From an uncultured Myxococcales bacterium (lineage in GTDB: Bacteria; Myxococcota_A; UBA9042), in assembly GCA_903850505.1 (NCBI GenBank), contig CAINLT010000126.1, forward strand, positions 22,534 through 86,533: 64,000 nucleotides of DNA, written 5' to 3'. The notes under the pieces are model-generated. The model had not been told where the DNA came from, did no database searches, and worked only from the letters and a program-made list of their open reading frames with translations. Position 1 is the stretch's first letter, and each line of letters starts with the position of its first letter. The position numbers and the translations under genes were made by a program. Positions 19,553 through 29,310 of the stretch are shown one piece after another.

Positions 19553-20152
19553 ATGGCGCGCAAGCCCGATCCGCATCGCAAGACTGAACTCGCTCTCGCC
19601 GCATTTGCCGCGCTCCGCCAGCGCGGCGTGGTGGGCACGACGATGAGCGAAGTGGCGCTCGCGCTGGGCATGAAGCGTCCAGCGCTCTACTATTATTTCA
19701 AGGATCTCGGTGAGTTGTTTGACGCTGTGCTCAACGCCGTGCTCGCTGACCAGCGCGCCTACGTGCTGCAACAACTGGACGCCGATGACCATCCGGTTGA
19801 CGCGTTGGCGACCTGGATGCGGGCGACGCTCGCGTTCTACGAGGCGGATCCGCAGCTGATCGGCATGCTCCTGCAGTTCTGGGCAGTGGGTCGGCCGGAC
19901 GCCGCGCAGGACGTGCTGGATCGCGCCCGCGATCTGGTCGAGCCGGTGCGGCAGTTTGCGATCGCGCTGCTGCTGGATGCGGTCCGGGACGGTCGCGTCC
20001 GGCCGTGCCAGCCAGAAACGGTGCTGGATTTGTGCGTGGCCGTCGTCGATGGCTGCCTGGTCGAGCGCATCAGCCGCGGCCTGGATCCGCGGCCGATCCT
20101 GGAACTGTTCATTGCGCAGGTGTTGCTGCCGCTGAAACTGCCTGTGCCGTAG
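19553..20152 (+). CDS. TetR-family transcriptional regulator
   Basis: N-terminal HTH LRQRGVVGTTMSEVALALGMKRPALYYYFKDLGELF. Confidence 0.85.
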   Translation: MARKPDPHRKTELALAAFAALRQRGVVGTTMSEVALALGMKRPALYYYFKDLGELFDAVLNAVLADQRAYVLQQLDADDHPVDALATWMRATLAFYEADPQLIGMLLQFWAVGRPDAAQDVLDRARDLVEPVRQFAIALLLDAVRDGRVRPCQPETVLDLCVAVVDGCLVERISRGLDPRPILELFIAQVLLPLKLPVP

Positions 20153-20167
20153 GGCACTTTCCCGTAC

Positions 20168-21928
20168 ATGAGGTCCCCGATGAGCCAGCAAGACGCCCTC
20201 TCCGCGCTCGATACCCAGACCCCGCCGCTGCCGCTGGCGGTGATTCACCTGCGCGGAACGCAGAGCGAGATGGGTGCGCAACACGGTCGGCTTCTCCAGC
20301 AGATCGGCGGCTGGCACGCGACGGCGGCGTACTACCCGAACATGGTCGAGCAGATGCTGCGCGGCAGCGCGCTTCGGCCGGTGGAGCGGCACTGGCCAAA
20401 GGTGGTCAAGCCGCTGCTGGACCTGCTGGCGGCGCGGCTGGAGCGGCATCGGCCCGCGGACCTGCGGGCGCGCACGGACGCGTTCATGCGCGCGGCGGGG
20501 CAGAATGCGCGTGAGGCGCGGCACGTGCTGGCGATGGACGTGTTCCAGAATGCGGTTGGGCTGGCCGGGCGGCACATGCTCGGGCCGTTTGCCGATCCGT
20601 GGCAGCAGCGCGCGGTGCCGGCGTGTTCGACGCTGATGGCGTGGGGGCCAGCGACCGAAGACGGCCGGCTGCTGCACGCGCGGAACTTCGATTTTCCCGG
20701 CGTGGGCGTGTGGGACATGGCGCCGGCGGTGGTCTTTTGTACGCCGGACAAAGGCCAGCGCTACGCGTTTGCCACTTCGCGCGGCGCGGACGTGCCGGGC
20801 ATCACGGCGTGGAATGAGTCGGGCCTGACGGTGACGGCGCACACGCGGCTGCACCGCGACGTCGCGTTTTCCGGCGCGGCGATCGTCGACCTCTGCCACG
20901 ACATCGCCCGCCGGGCGGGGACGCTGGCGGACGCGGAAGCGATTGCCCGCGAACGGCCGGTGGCGTCGACCTGGGGCCTGGCGATTTCCTCGGGCGCAGA
21001 GCAACGCGGCGTTGTTGTCGAGTGCCATGCCAGCGGCGTGGCGGTGACCGGCCCCGACGGCGAAGAGCCGTGGCGCGCCTGCACCAACCACTACCTGGAC
21101 GACGCGCTGCGGGAGCGCGAGCTGGCGCCGTCTCCGGGTTGGTCGTGGCATACGCATAGCCGCAAGAAGCGCCTTGAAACGGCGGCGCGCGAAGCGGTCG
21201 CTGGCGAGTCGTTTGACGTCGCGTCGCTGTTCGGCTGGCTCGGCGATGGCCGCGACGCCGACATGCCGGAGCTGGAACGCCTCGCGGGTGGCGTCGTGGC
21301 GCAGTCGACGAGCGTGCAGTCCGTGGTTGTGGATCCGCAGCAGCAGACGCTGCACCTGTCGGTCGGTCGCTGTCCCAGCGGTCGCGGCGCAGTGCTGGCC
21401 GTGCCGTGGGATTGGTCGGCGCCGGTGGGCGTGGAGGAGCGGTCGTTGCAGGCAGCGGTGCGGCACGCCAAGCCGTCGCGCTTTGACAGCGGCGACGCCA
21501 AGGTCGCCTATCGCCACTACCTCCGCGCCACGCAGCTGGAGGCGCAGGGCGGTGACCTCACGCTGGTCCACGAGCACGTGTCGATCGCGGCTGAAACGCT
21601 GCCGGATGAGCCGACCTTGCAGTTGCTCGCCGGTGCGGTGGCGCTGCGCCGCGGCGATCTGACCGGCGCCTTGCGGCTGTTCGAACGCGGCGTGGTCGCT
21701 GAGCCGTCGCCCTTTCCCCAGGGCCGCCTGCACATGTGGGCGTCGCGCGTGGCGGCACATGTTCCGGACGCTGCTGCCGCCGCGCGCCATCGGGCCGCCC
21801 TTGCCAAGCTCCAGCATCCGCTGCTCGGTGCGCTGCAGGAACGGGTCGCCACGGAAGCGAAGAAGCCCTATCCGCTCGACAAGCTCCGCGGCATCGCGCT
21901 GCACACGCTGCTGGGCGACATTGGCTGA
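20168..21928 (+). CDS. C45-family Ntn-hydrolase (acyl-CoA:6-APA acyltransferase / choloylglycine-hydrolase-like) protein
   Basis: Putative autoprocessing nucleophile in PACSTLMAWG, then NFDFPG. The length and C-terminal helical region fit the AAT family. Assigned from motifs only. Confidence 0.55.
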   Translation: MRSPMSQQDALSALDTQTPPLPLAVIHLRGTQSEMGAQHGRLLQQIGGWHATAAYYPNMVEQMLRGSALRPVERHWPKVVKPLLDLLAARLERHRPADLRARTDAFMRAAGQNAREARHVLAMDVFQNAVGLAGRHMLGPFADPWQQRAVPACSTLMAWGPATEDGRLLHARNFDFPGVGVWDMAPAVVFCTPDKGQRYAFATSRGADVPGITAWNESGLTVTAHTRLHRDVAFSGAAIVDLCHDIARRAGTLADAEAIARERPVASTWGLAISSGAEQRGVVVECHASGVAVTGPDGEEPWRACTNHYLDDALRERELAPSPGWSWHTHSRKKRLETAAREAVAGESFDVASLFGWLGDGRDADMPELERLAGGVVAQSTSVQSVVVDPQQQTLHLSVGRCPSGRGAVLAVPWDWSAPVGVEERSLQAAVRHAKPSRFDSGDAKVAYRHYLRATQLEAQGGDLTLVHEHVSIAAETLPDEPTLQLLAGAVALRRGDLTGALRLFERGVVAEPSPFPQGRLHMWASRVAAHVPDAAAAARHRAALAKLQHPLLGALQERVATEAKKPYPLDKLRGIALHTLLGDIG

Positions 21929-21931
21929 GGA

Positions 21932-24900
21932 TCAGTGTTGGGCGTTGGCCCGCAAAGCCGCACGGAGCGTGAGCGCGTCGTTGCGGTAGGTCGAATCCTT
22001 GGGCGCGCGCTTCAAGTACTCTTCCACGGCCTTGAGCGCCGGCATCGTCTCGGCGCGTTCCCGCTTGATCAGCGCGATGTGGTACCACGCCTCTGTGGTC
22101 TCATCCGTATTGCCGGTCGTCGCAACTTCCAGCCAGTGCAACGCGTCCGCGGAGTGGCCCTGGTTCAACTCGCCGAGGCCCAGATACAGCGCCGCGCGCG
22201 CGTCATTCGGCTTGCGCTTGACCACCTGCTTCAGTACGCCCAGCGCTTCGGGGCTCGCCGCCTGATACAAAGCCTCGCCCAGGGACGTCAGCGCGTCGAT
22301 GTCGTCCGGCTGCAAGTCCACAACCTTGCGCCAATACTGCGCCGCCTGCGGATACCGGTGCTGGTCGCTGTAGTGGCGGGCCAGCAGGCTGTAGACCGTG
22401 TGCATCTCCGTCACGGGATGCCCCGCGCCCTTGAAGGCGCTCGCACCGGACACAATCGACTCCAGTTCCTTCAGCGCCAACTCGCGGGCATTCGCCGGCT
22501 TCTTGGCGTCAAACAGGGTCTGCGCGAGCGTCAGGCGGTATTGCCAGAACGTCGGCTCCGCGCCGATCGCCTGCTTCATCCGGTTGATGCCCGCTTCATT
22601 CTCGCCGCGCGCAAACGCCAGACGGCCAAACTGGAAGAACGCCTCGGCGCTCTTGCCGTTCGCCGCCGTCACCGCGTGCTGCAACGCCGTCGCCGCCCGG
22701 TCCGGGTCGTGGCTGTCCAGCAGCAGCCGTCCCGCCAGCACGTTCAAGTCCACGTCCGATTCCGCCTGTTCGGCAAACGGCAGCACTGTCTGCGCGCCTT
22801 CCTCCGATTTGCCCTTGGACGCCAACGCCAAGCCCATCTGGTACGCGGCATCCCGGTCCAGCATCCGCATGTCGCGCAGTTTGCGCAGGTAGCTCAGACC
22901 GCGATCCACCTGTCCGAGCCGCAGGTCCAACTGCGCCGTTCGCAGCAGGTAAGCGCGGTTATCAGGGGCGATTTCCAGCAGCCGACCGGCGATTTCGCGG
23001 GCCTCCGCGTCGCGCTTCAACGCCACAAGTTCTTCCACCATCAGCTTCAGCAGCGCCTCATCGTCGCCTACAGCCTTGCGCCCCGCCTGCAACGTCGCCA
23101 GCGCTTCATCGTGCTTCTCCGCCGTTGCCAGCAGTTCGCCCAGCCGCAGGATCGCCCGCAAGTGCTTGGGATCGCGCTGGATCACTTGGGCCAGCAGATC
23201 GCGCGCGGTGGCGAAGTGCGCGGACTTGTCCTCGACTTGCGCCCGCAGGAACAGCAGATCCAGCGACTCCGGGTAAAGCTTGCCGGCCTCGCTCAGCTCC
23301 TCCAGCGCGTCTTCATTGCGGTTGATGTACAGCCAGAATTCCACAAGCGCGACTTCAAACGCGATCGACCGCATCCCCGCGAGCTTGGCGGCGCTCAACA
23401 CCTTGCGGGCGTCATCGGCGCGCTTCTCAGCCACCAGCAGGCGGCCCAGCCGCACGACGGTCATCTCATCGCTCGGCAGCAGGTCCACGGCAGCCTGGAG
23501 GGCGGCCACGAGCTTGTCGCGATCGCCGCGCTTGGCCGCCAGACGCGCCATCACAAGCTGCGCCGCGCGCTTGTCATGCGGCTGTTTCTGCGTTTCGGCG
23601 ATGTCGAGCGCGTCGCGCAACAGTCCTTCCGCGCCGTTCAGGTTGCCCGTTTCCAGATGCGCCGACGCGACCAACACGCGGGCTTCAGCGTTGTCGTCCG
23701 CCTTTGCGACGATGTCGGCGAGCAACGGCAGCACCTCCGCAAACGCGCCTGCGCGATCCGCCAATTGCGCCTGCAACACCTTGAACTTTGCGAGGTTGGG
23801 CTGATCCTTGGCTGCCAGCGCGATCGCCGCCATCCGCTTGCGGAGTTCGGTCAGCTCAGGCGCGTCCTTCAGCGCAAGGCGCACCGCGTCCATTTCACCG
23901 CCGCCGGTCGTGCCGGGCTTGGACAGCACGTCCACCGTCGTCTTGCGCTCCAGCACCAGCAACGCTTGACGCACGGCCACCGCCTGATCGTCGGGCGAGC
24001 CCGCGGCCAGCGCCGCCAGCTTGTCATCCTCCAGCTTGGTGCCCGCCGCGATCGTCTTGATCACGTCGAGCCGGACCGGCGCGGGCACCAGCTTCAGCGC
24101 GGCTTCCAGCCCAGTCTTGGCGCCCGGCGTATCGGCAAACCGCAGCGGGAAACGCTCGTACAGGTCCAGGTAGCGATCGACGAGCTCCTGCGCAAGCTTC
24201 TTGTCCCGCGGCGAGCGCTTGGCCAGCAGCTCCAGGCGGCGGATCTCCGACTCGTAGCTGAGGCGCGTGTCCCAAAGCGGGACCGGCGGCTCCAGCGCGG
24301 CGGCGGCGAGCTTGGCGGACTTGACGGCCTGGTTCGCACTCTGGTCCGCCTTGGCCCACAGGCGCCGGCCAAACCAGCCAAAGCCAGCGACTTCAAAGCC
24401 AGCGCCGATCAACGCGATCACCAACCCGAGCAGGACGATGGCGGTGAGCACGCGCTGCAAGTACTGGCGGATGTCAGTGCCGCCGGCCGCCTTGCCACGC
24501 GACTTGGACTGGGGCCGCTGTGCGGCAGCCCGCGTCGGCGCCGCACTGCCGTCCGTCACGGAGACGATCACGCTGTCGGCATTGCGCCCTGCGTGGCGCG
24601 CATCCATCATCGAGTCGAGTCCGGCGAAACCGGCAAAGCCGTCGTCGTCGCCGCCACTTGGGCCGACCGCCGCGACCGGCGCTGTCGTGGCCTGGTGGTC
24701 CTCGAAGCTTCCGAAACCGCCAAAGCCTTGATCGCCGCCGAGATCGTCCATCGGCAAGACGGGCGCGACGCTGAGCGCATCCAATTCGTCGAGGTTCAGG
24801 CCCCCCGCTGGCGCGGTCGACCGCTGGATGGGCGCGTCAAAGCTCGACAAACCCTGCGCCGGCTTGGCCGCGGCAAACGGCGAGGATCCCGCCGGCTGGA

Positions 24901-25456
24901 CGGTCGTCGCTGGGCCAAATGGATCGTGGATGAATTCCGTGTTGCCCGTGCGCGGCGCGGCGATCCGGCCAAACGGTGAGGACTCGCCTGCGGACGGGCC
25001 AACGGGCGCGAGCGTATCGCCGAGAAGTGCTTCAAAATCGATGTTGTCGTCGGCAAAGCCGCCAATGGGACCTGTTGCAGCGGCAAATGGCGCTTGCGCG
25101 ACCGGGGCAGCGGCAACGGGCGCAGCGGGTGCAACGGGCGGCGCGGCGGGCGGAAACGTCGTGGTCCGTCCATCTCCCGCTGCGGCGCCAAACGGGCGAC
25201 CGGCGGCGGAGTTCGGCGCTTGGCCAAAGGCCCGCGTGTTGCTGGCAGCGGGCGCGCCAAAACTCTCAAATTCGTCTTCAGGGGAGGGCGCGGCCGTGCC
25301 CCGGAGCTGCGCAGGCATCTCCGGCAAGCTGATCGTCGTCTCGTTGTTGGGCTGAAAGCGCAGCAAGCACAGCGGGCACTCGACCTGCTGCGTTTCGCCT
25401 GGGGCCGTCGCGCTCACGGGAAAGACTGCGCTGCAGTTCGGACAACGGACGTTCAC
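21932..25456 (-). CDS. MJ0042-type zinc-ribbon / FG-rich disordered region / TM / multi-TPR protein
   Basis: ORF 21932..25552(-). The likely GTG start gives (M)NVRCPNCSAVFPV...VECPLCLLRF. This is followed by a roughly 300-aa A/P/G/F-rich segment with PFG/GFGGFG repeats, one TM helix, and about 800 aa of TPR repeats. Confidence 0.75.
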   Translation of the reverse strand: MNVRCPNCSAVFPVSATAPGETQQVECPLCLLRFQPNNETTISLPEMPAQLRGTAAPSPEDEFESFGAPAASNTRAFGQAPNSAAGRPFGAAAGDGRTTTFPPAAPPVAPAAPVAAAPVAQAPFAAATGPIGGFADDNIDFEALLGDTLAPVGPSAGESSPFGRIAAPRTGNTEFIHDPFGPATTVQPAGSSPFAAAKPAQGLSSFDAPIQRSTAPAGGLNLDELDALSVAPVLPMDDLGGDQGFGGFGSFEDHQATTAPVAAVGPSGGDDDGFAGFAGLDSMMDARHAGRNADSVIVSVTDGSAAPTRAAAQRPQSKSRGKAAGGTDIRQYLQRVLTAIVLLGLVIALIGAGFEVAGFGWFGRRLWAKADQSANQAVKSAKLAAAALEPPVPLWDTRLSYESEIRRLELLAKRSPRDKKLAQELVDRYLDLYERFPLRFADTPGAKTGLEAALKLVPAPVRLDVIKTIAAGTKLEDDKLAALAAGSPDDQAVAVRQALLVLERKTTVDVLSKPGTTGGGEMDAVRLALKDAPELTELRKRMAAIALAAKDQPNLAKFKVLQAQLADRAGAFAEVLPLLADIVAKADDNAEARVLVASAHLETGNLNGAEGLLRDALDIAETQKQPHDKRAAQLVMARLAAKRGDRDKLVAALQAAVDLLPSDEMTVVRLGRLLVAEKRADDARKVLSAAKLAGMRSIAFEVALVEFWLYINRNEDALEELSEAGKLYPESLDLLFLRAQVEDKSAHFATARDLLAQVIQRDPKHLRAILRLGELLATAEKHDEALATLQAGRKAVGDDEALLKLMVEELVALKRDAEAREIAGRLLEIAPDNRAYLLRTAQLDLRLGQVDRGLSYLRKLRDMRMLDRDAAYQMGLALASKGKSEEGAQTVLPFAEQAESDVDLNVLAGRLLLDSHDPDRAATALQHAVTAANGKSAEAFFQFGRLAFARGENEAGINRMKQAIGAEPTFWQYRLTLAQTLFDAKKPANARELALKELESIVSGASAFKGAGHPVTEMHTVYSLLARHYSDQHRYPQAAQYWRKVVDLQPDDIDALTSLGEALYQAASPEALGVLKQVVKRKPNDARAALYLGLGELNQGHSADALHWLEVATTGNTDETTEAWYHIALIKRERAETMPALKAVEEYLKRAPKDSTYRNDALTLRAALRANAQH

Positions 25457-25626
25457 GCGCACTCCAAGGGCCCATTTGGGCAATAAGACGCTACCTTGCA
25501 CGCCGCGTCTGGTCAATTCGTTCCGGCGTTTTGCCGGGGAACCCGTCGTCAACTCGCGCGCGCCGTCATCCTGCGGTACGCTTGCGGCCCAACGCGTGCC
25601 CGCGCGTGCGCTCGCAGGATATTGGC

Positions 25627-27117
25627 TTGGCTGTCACGACCTCGCATTACCAGATTGTCATCATCGGCACGGATTTGGCCGGTCTCGTCTTTGGCGCGCT
25701 CTGCGCCAAGCGCGGCTATCGCGTGCTCGTCATCGGCCAGGGCAGCCAGGGCGTGCTGTACGAGCACCAGGGCTACACGATGTGCCGGCGCATTGAGATG
25801 CCCCACGGCCTGTCCAGCCCGCCGATCAAGCGCGTGTTTGACGAGCTGAGCCTTGGCCTGGAGCTGCGCAATCTGCCCAAGCCCCTCGATCCGGCGTTCC
25901 AGGTCGTGCTGCCCAAGGCGCGCATCAACGTCTCCACCAACGCCAAGCTGTTCGAGCGCGAGCTCAAGCGCGAATTTCCCGGCGTGGAAGACGAGATCAG
26001 CTACTTCTTCAAGCGCGTGGCGGAGATCGACGCCGACGTCGAGGAAGTGCTGAAGCTGCGGCCCAATCTGCCGCCGACCGGCGTCGTCGAGACGTTCCAG
26101 TTCCGCCGTCTGGTCAAGCGCTTTCCGTTCCTGGACGACGAGTGGGCCATCGAGGATCCGCTCATCCGGTTTGTCCACGGCCACCCGTTCCGCGCCTTCA
26201 TGAACGCGCCGTTCCGCTTCACTTCCGGCATGCTGCCCGCGCGGCCGTATCCCGCGACGTTCGTGCGCGCGGTGACCGAGCTGTGCAAAGGCACGGCGTC
26301 GTTTGACCACGGTCCCAACGCGCTGCGGCAGATGTTCCTTGGCCTGATCGGCGCCGCGGGCGATTTCAAGCCCAAGGACATGGTCGCGCAGATCGACATC
26401 AGCCGCGGCAAGGCGACGAGCGTGACGCTGCGCGATCGGCGCCAGGTCATCGGCTGCGATCTGCTGGTCTGCAACATGGATCCCAAGCGGTTCTTCCAGC
26501 TGATTCCGCAGGAGCAGCAGAACGAGGAATTCCACCACCAGATTCATACGCTGCAGCCGGTCTACTACACGCTGGTCGGCAATTTTGTGGTGCGGGCGCG
26601 CGCGATCCCCGAGGCGATGGCCAAGCACGTGTTTGCGATCAGCGATCCGTCCCAGCCGCTGGAAGAAGACAATTGCATCCACATGGCGCGCGACATCGAT
26701 ACGGCCGCGGGCACGGACGATCGCGAAGTCCGGCTGATCACAGCGGCGATGCGCGTGCCGATCCATGCGACGTCAGGTGGCGCGCGATCGGCGACGGCGC
26801 TGCTGGACAAGCTGCAGCGGCGGGTCGAGGAGACGATTCCGTTCCTGTCCGAGCACCTGCTCGCGCGGCACACGCCGTGGCTGAAGGAGGATGACGGCGA
26901 CGAGGACATTGACCCGACCGAGCTGCAGCCATGCTACGGCGAGGCGATTCCGCACACGCTGGGAACGAGCCCGGTGGCGACGACGACCGGCTACCGGAAT
27001 ATCCTGGTGGGCGGCGACGCTTCTTTCTGCGGCCTCGGCCATGACGGCCCGTACGTTGCGGCGCTCAACCTGTTTGCCCAAGCGACCGATCGCGTGCCGC
27101 TCAAGTCGGGATTCTGA
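25627..27117 (+). CDS. FAD/NAD(P)-binding oxidoreductase (phytoene-desaturase/amine-oxidase-like)
   Basis: ORF 25531..27117(+). The Rossmann motif HYQIVIIGTDLAGL sits right after a candidate TTG start at 25627. The ATG at 25531 would add an Arg-rich 32-aa extension and lie only about 75 nt from the divergent gene. Confidence 0.7.
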   Translation: MAVTTSHYQIVIIGTDLAGLVFGALCAKRGYRVLVIGQGSQGVLYEHQGYTMCRRIEMPHGLSSPPIKRVFDELSLGLELRNLPKPLDPAFQVVLPKARINVSTNAKLFERELKREFPGVEDEISYFFKRVAEIDADVEEVLKLRPNLPPTGVVETFQFRRLVKRFPFLDDEWAIEDPLIRFVHGHPFRAFMNAPFRFTSGMLPARPYPATFVRAVTELCKGTASFDHGPNALRQMFLGLIGAAGDFKPKDMVAQIDISRGKATSVTLRDRRQVIGCDLLVCNMDPKRFFQLIPQEQQNEEFHHQIHTLQPVYYTLVGNFVVRARAIPEAMAKHVFAISDPSQPLEEDNCIHMARDIDTAAGTDDREVRLITAAMRVPIHATSGGARSATALLDKLQRRVEETIPFLSEHLLARHTPWLKEDDGDEDIDPTELQPCYGEAIPHTLGTSPVATTTGYRNILVGGDASFCGLGHDGPYVAALNLFAQATDRVPLKSGF

Positions 27118-27120
27118 ACC

Positions 27121-28551
27121 ATGCGCATGTTGCTGCTGCTTTTGTTGTTTGTTGCCGTGCCGGCGTCGGCGCAGGTCGTGCCGTCGTTGCTGCCCGCTGA
27201 GGTCAGCGCGACCGCGGATGGCCAGCAAGTGCTGCGCTGCACGTATGAGCAGTGCGTCAAGCGCGCACTGGATCGTTCGCCGCTCATTGCTGCCGCAGGC
27301 AAGAGCCTGGAACTGTACGAAGCGATGCAGCGCGAGGCCAAGTCGACGCAGTATCCCAAGCTGGAGTTCACGGGCTTTGGCGCGGCGATTCCCAGCCTGA
27401 CGCCCGGTACGACCGGCGCGTACTTCACCGACTACGATCTGGGCGGCACATGGAAGCCGCTGCTTCTCGGACAGGCGTCCCTCGTGCAGCCGATTTGGAC
27501 TTTTGGCAAGATTGCCGCGCTCAAGCGATTGGCGGCGGAAGGCATCGAGATCGGCCAAGCCACCAACCGGATCGCCGCCGACGAAATGCGCTACCAGATC
27601 GCCCGCGCGTGGTGGGGGCTGGTCGTCGTGTCGCAGATGGATGACATGATCCGCGACGGCAAGAAGCGCTTTCTGGAGGAGAAAGATCGCCAGGAGCGGA
27701 TGCGGGACACCGCCGATGACAAGTTCAATCAGAATGACTTGATGAAAATCAACATCTATTACGCGGACTTTGAGGACAAGATCCGACAGGCCGAGCGCAG
27801 CAAGCAGCAGGCCCTGGACGGTCTGCGCATGGCGATGGCGGAGTCGACTGAAGTCGAAGTGGTGGCGGACACCGTCGGGTTCAAGCCGCTGGAGTTCCCC
27901 ACGCTGCCCGTCGCGGCATACGAGGCGCTGGCGCTGGCCAATGCCCCAAAACTGCTGGCCTATCGCCATGGCGTCGCGGCGCGCGTGGAGCAGGTCTCGC
28001 TGGCGAGGAACAACACGTTGCCGGACATCGGCCTCGTCGCCAAGGTCGCGGGGACCTACGCGCCGTCGCAAAACGGCGCGGTGACGACCGGATCGCTCGG
28101 CGCCATTCCCGGCAGCGGCGTGGATTTTGGCGGCGGCCTTGCCCTGCGCTGGAGTCTCGATATCGGCCGGCTGCTCGCGCAGATCGACCAAGCCAAGGTG
28201 CAGGCCGATCAGGCGCAACTGGCCGAGCAGGGTGAACGCGAGAAGACGCGGATGGACGTCCGGCAGCTGTACCGGGAGATGATCGACTGGCGCGCGATGG
28301 TCGACGTGCACGAAAAAGCCAAGACGTCAGCGCAAGGCTGGCTGAACGCGACGATGCAGACCTACGACGACGGTTTTGAGAGCGATTACAATGAGGTCCT
28401 GCGGGCGATCGAGGCGTACTACCGGCGGCGGCTGACGTGGCTGGATGCGGTGTACAACTACAACGTCGCGGTGGCGGCGCTGTCGCGCGCGGTGGGCATG
28501 GATGTGACGCAGGTGAAGCAGCCGCCGATCCTCTGCGAGCCGGCGAAGTGA
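27121..28551 (+). CDS. TolC-family outer-membrane efflux protein
   Basis: Signal MRMLLLLLLFVAVPASA. Two-repeat helical/beta architecture typical of OEP/TolC. Confidence 0.8.
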   Translation: MRMLLLLLLFVAVPASAQVVPSLLPAEVSATADGQQVLRCTYEQCVKRALDRSPLIAAAGKSLELYEAMQREAKSTQYPKLEFTGFGAAIPSLTPGTTGAYFTDYDLGGTWKPLLLGQASLVQPIWTFGKIAALKRLAAEGIEIGQATNRIAADEMRYQIARAWWGLVVVSQMDDMIRDGKKRFLEEKDRQERMRDTADDKFNQNDLMKINIYYADFEDKIRQAERSKQQALDGLRMAMAESTEVEVVADTVGFKPLEFPTLPVAAYEALALANAPKLLAYRHGVAARVEQVSLARNNTLPDIGLVAKVAGTYAPSQNGAVTTGSLGAIPGSGVDFGGGLALRWSLDIGRLLAQIDQAKVQADQAQLAEQGEREKTRMDVRQLYREMIDWRAMVDVHEKAKTSAQGWLNATMQTYDDGFESDYNEVLRAIEAYYRRRLTWLDAVYNYNVAVAALSRAVGMDVTQVKQPPILCEPAK

Positions 28552-28608
28552 ATGATCGCGACGCTCAGGCGTTGTAGCAACATGGCGCCGGAGCGCCGGA
28601 AGACGAAC

Positions 28609-29310
28609 ATGATGAACGGCAAGACAGTGCAAGCGATGTTTCTGGCGGTTTCCCTGCTCGCCACGCCGGCGTTCGCCAAGGCCAAGAAGCCCAAGGTGCC
28701 CGCGCCTGCGCCCGCCGCCGCGCCATCGCGCGAGGAACTGAAGGCCGTGCCGCCGGACCGCGGTCACACCCAGCCGGAAGCCAAGCCGACGCTGGCGCCG
28801 CAGAAGTTTGTGGAGAGCCTGTATGGGCGCATGAACGCGCTGAGCAAGGAGTCGCCGACGCTGGACGCGCTGCACGCGAAGATCGGCGAAGAGCTCAAGA
28901 CGGTCGTCGACTATCCCGAGATGGCGCGGCTGGCGCTGGGGCAGAAGTGGACGGAGATCGATGACGCGCAGAAGTCGGAGTTTCTCGGCTACCTGACGCG
29001 CATGGTGCAGAACACGTATGTGAAGCGGTTCAAGCCGGGGCAGGCGATCGACATTCAGTACGGTGCGGCGCCCAAGCAGTTGCCGGACGACCGCGTGCAG
29101 GTCACCAGCACGATCACGGTTGGCAAGACGAGCGCGGAAGTCCAGTACGCGCTGCGGCCGTTGCAGGGGAAGTGGGTGGTCTACGACATCGTCGTCGACG
29201 AGGCGAGCCAAGTGCAGACGTACCGCCGGTCGTTCAAGAATATTCTGGACAAGGAAGGCTGGCCGGGGCTGATGACGCGCATGAAGAAAGCTGCTGAGAA
29301 GAAGGTGTGA
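28609..29310 (+). CDS. MlaC/Ttg2D-family phospholipid-binding periplasmic protein
   Basis: ORF 28552..29310(+). Start MMNGKTVQAMFLAVSLLATPAFA. Body YLTRMVQNTYVKRF...YALRPLQGKWVVYDIVVDEASQVQTYRRSF matches the Tgt2/MlaC family. Confidence 0.7.
   Translation: MMNGKTVQAMFLAVSLLATPAFAKAKKPKVPAPAPAAAPSREELKAVPPDRGHTQPEAKPTLAPQKFVESLYGRMNALSKESPTLDALHAKIGEELKTVVDYPEMARLALGQKWTEIDDAQKSEFLGYLTRMVQNTYVKRFKPGQAIDIQYGAAPKQLPDDRVQVTSTITVGKTSAEVQYALRPLQGKWVVYDIVVDEASQVQTYRRSFKNILDKEGWPGLMTRMKKAAEKKV

Noticed and set aside
19499-21904. 801-aa ORF on - strand
   Set aside because: It is antisense to the tetR and C45 hydrolase genes, and its Arg/His/Pro-rich product has no motifs; the two plus-strand genes show recognizable domains.
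21935-24979. 1014-aa ORF on + strand
   Set aside because: It is antisense to the TPR protein gene and is Arg/Leu/Gln-rich nonsense. The TPR periodicity is on the - strand.
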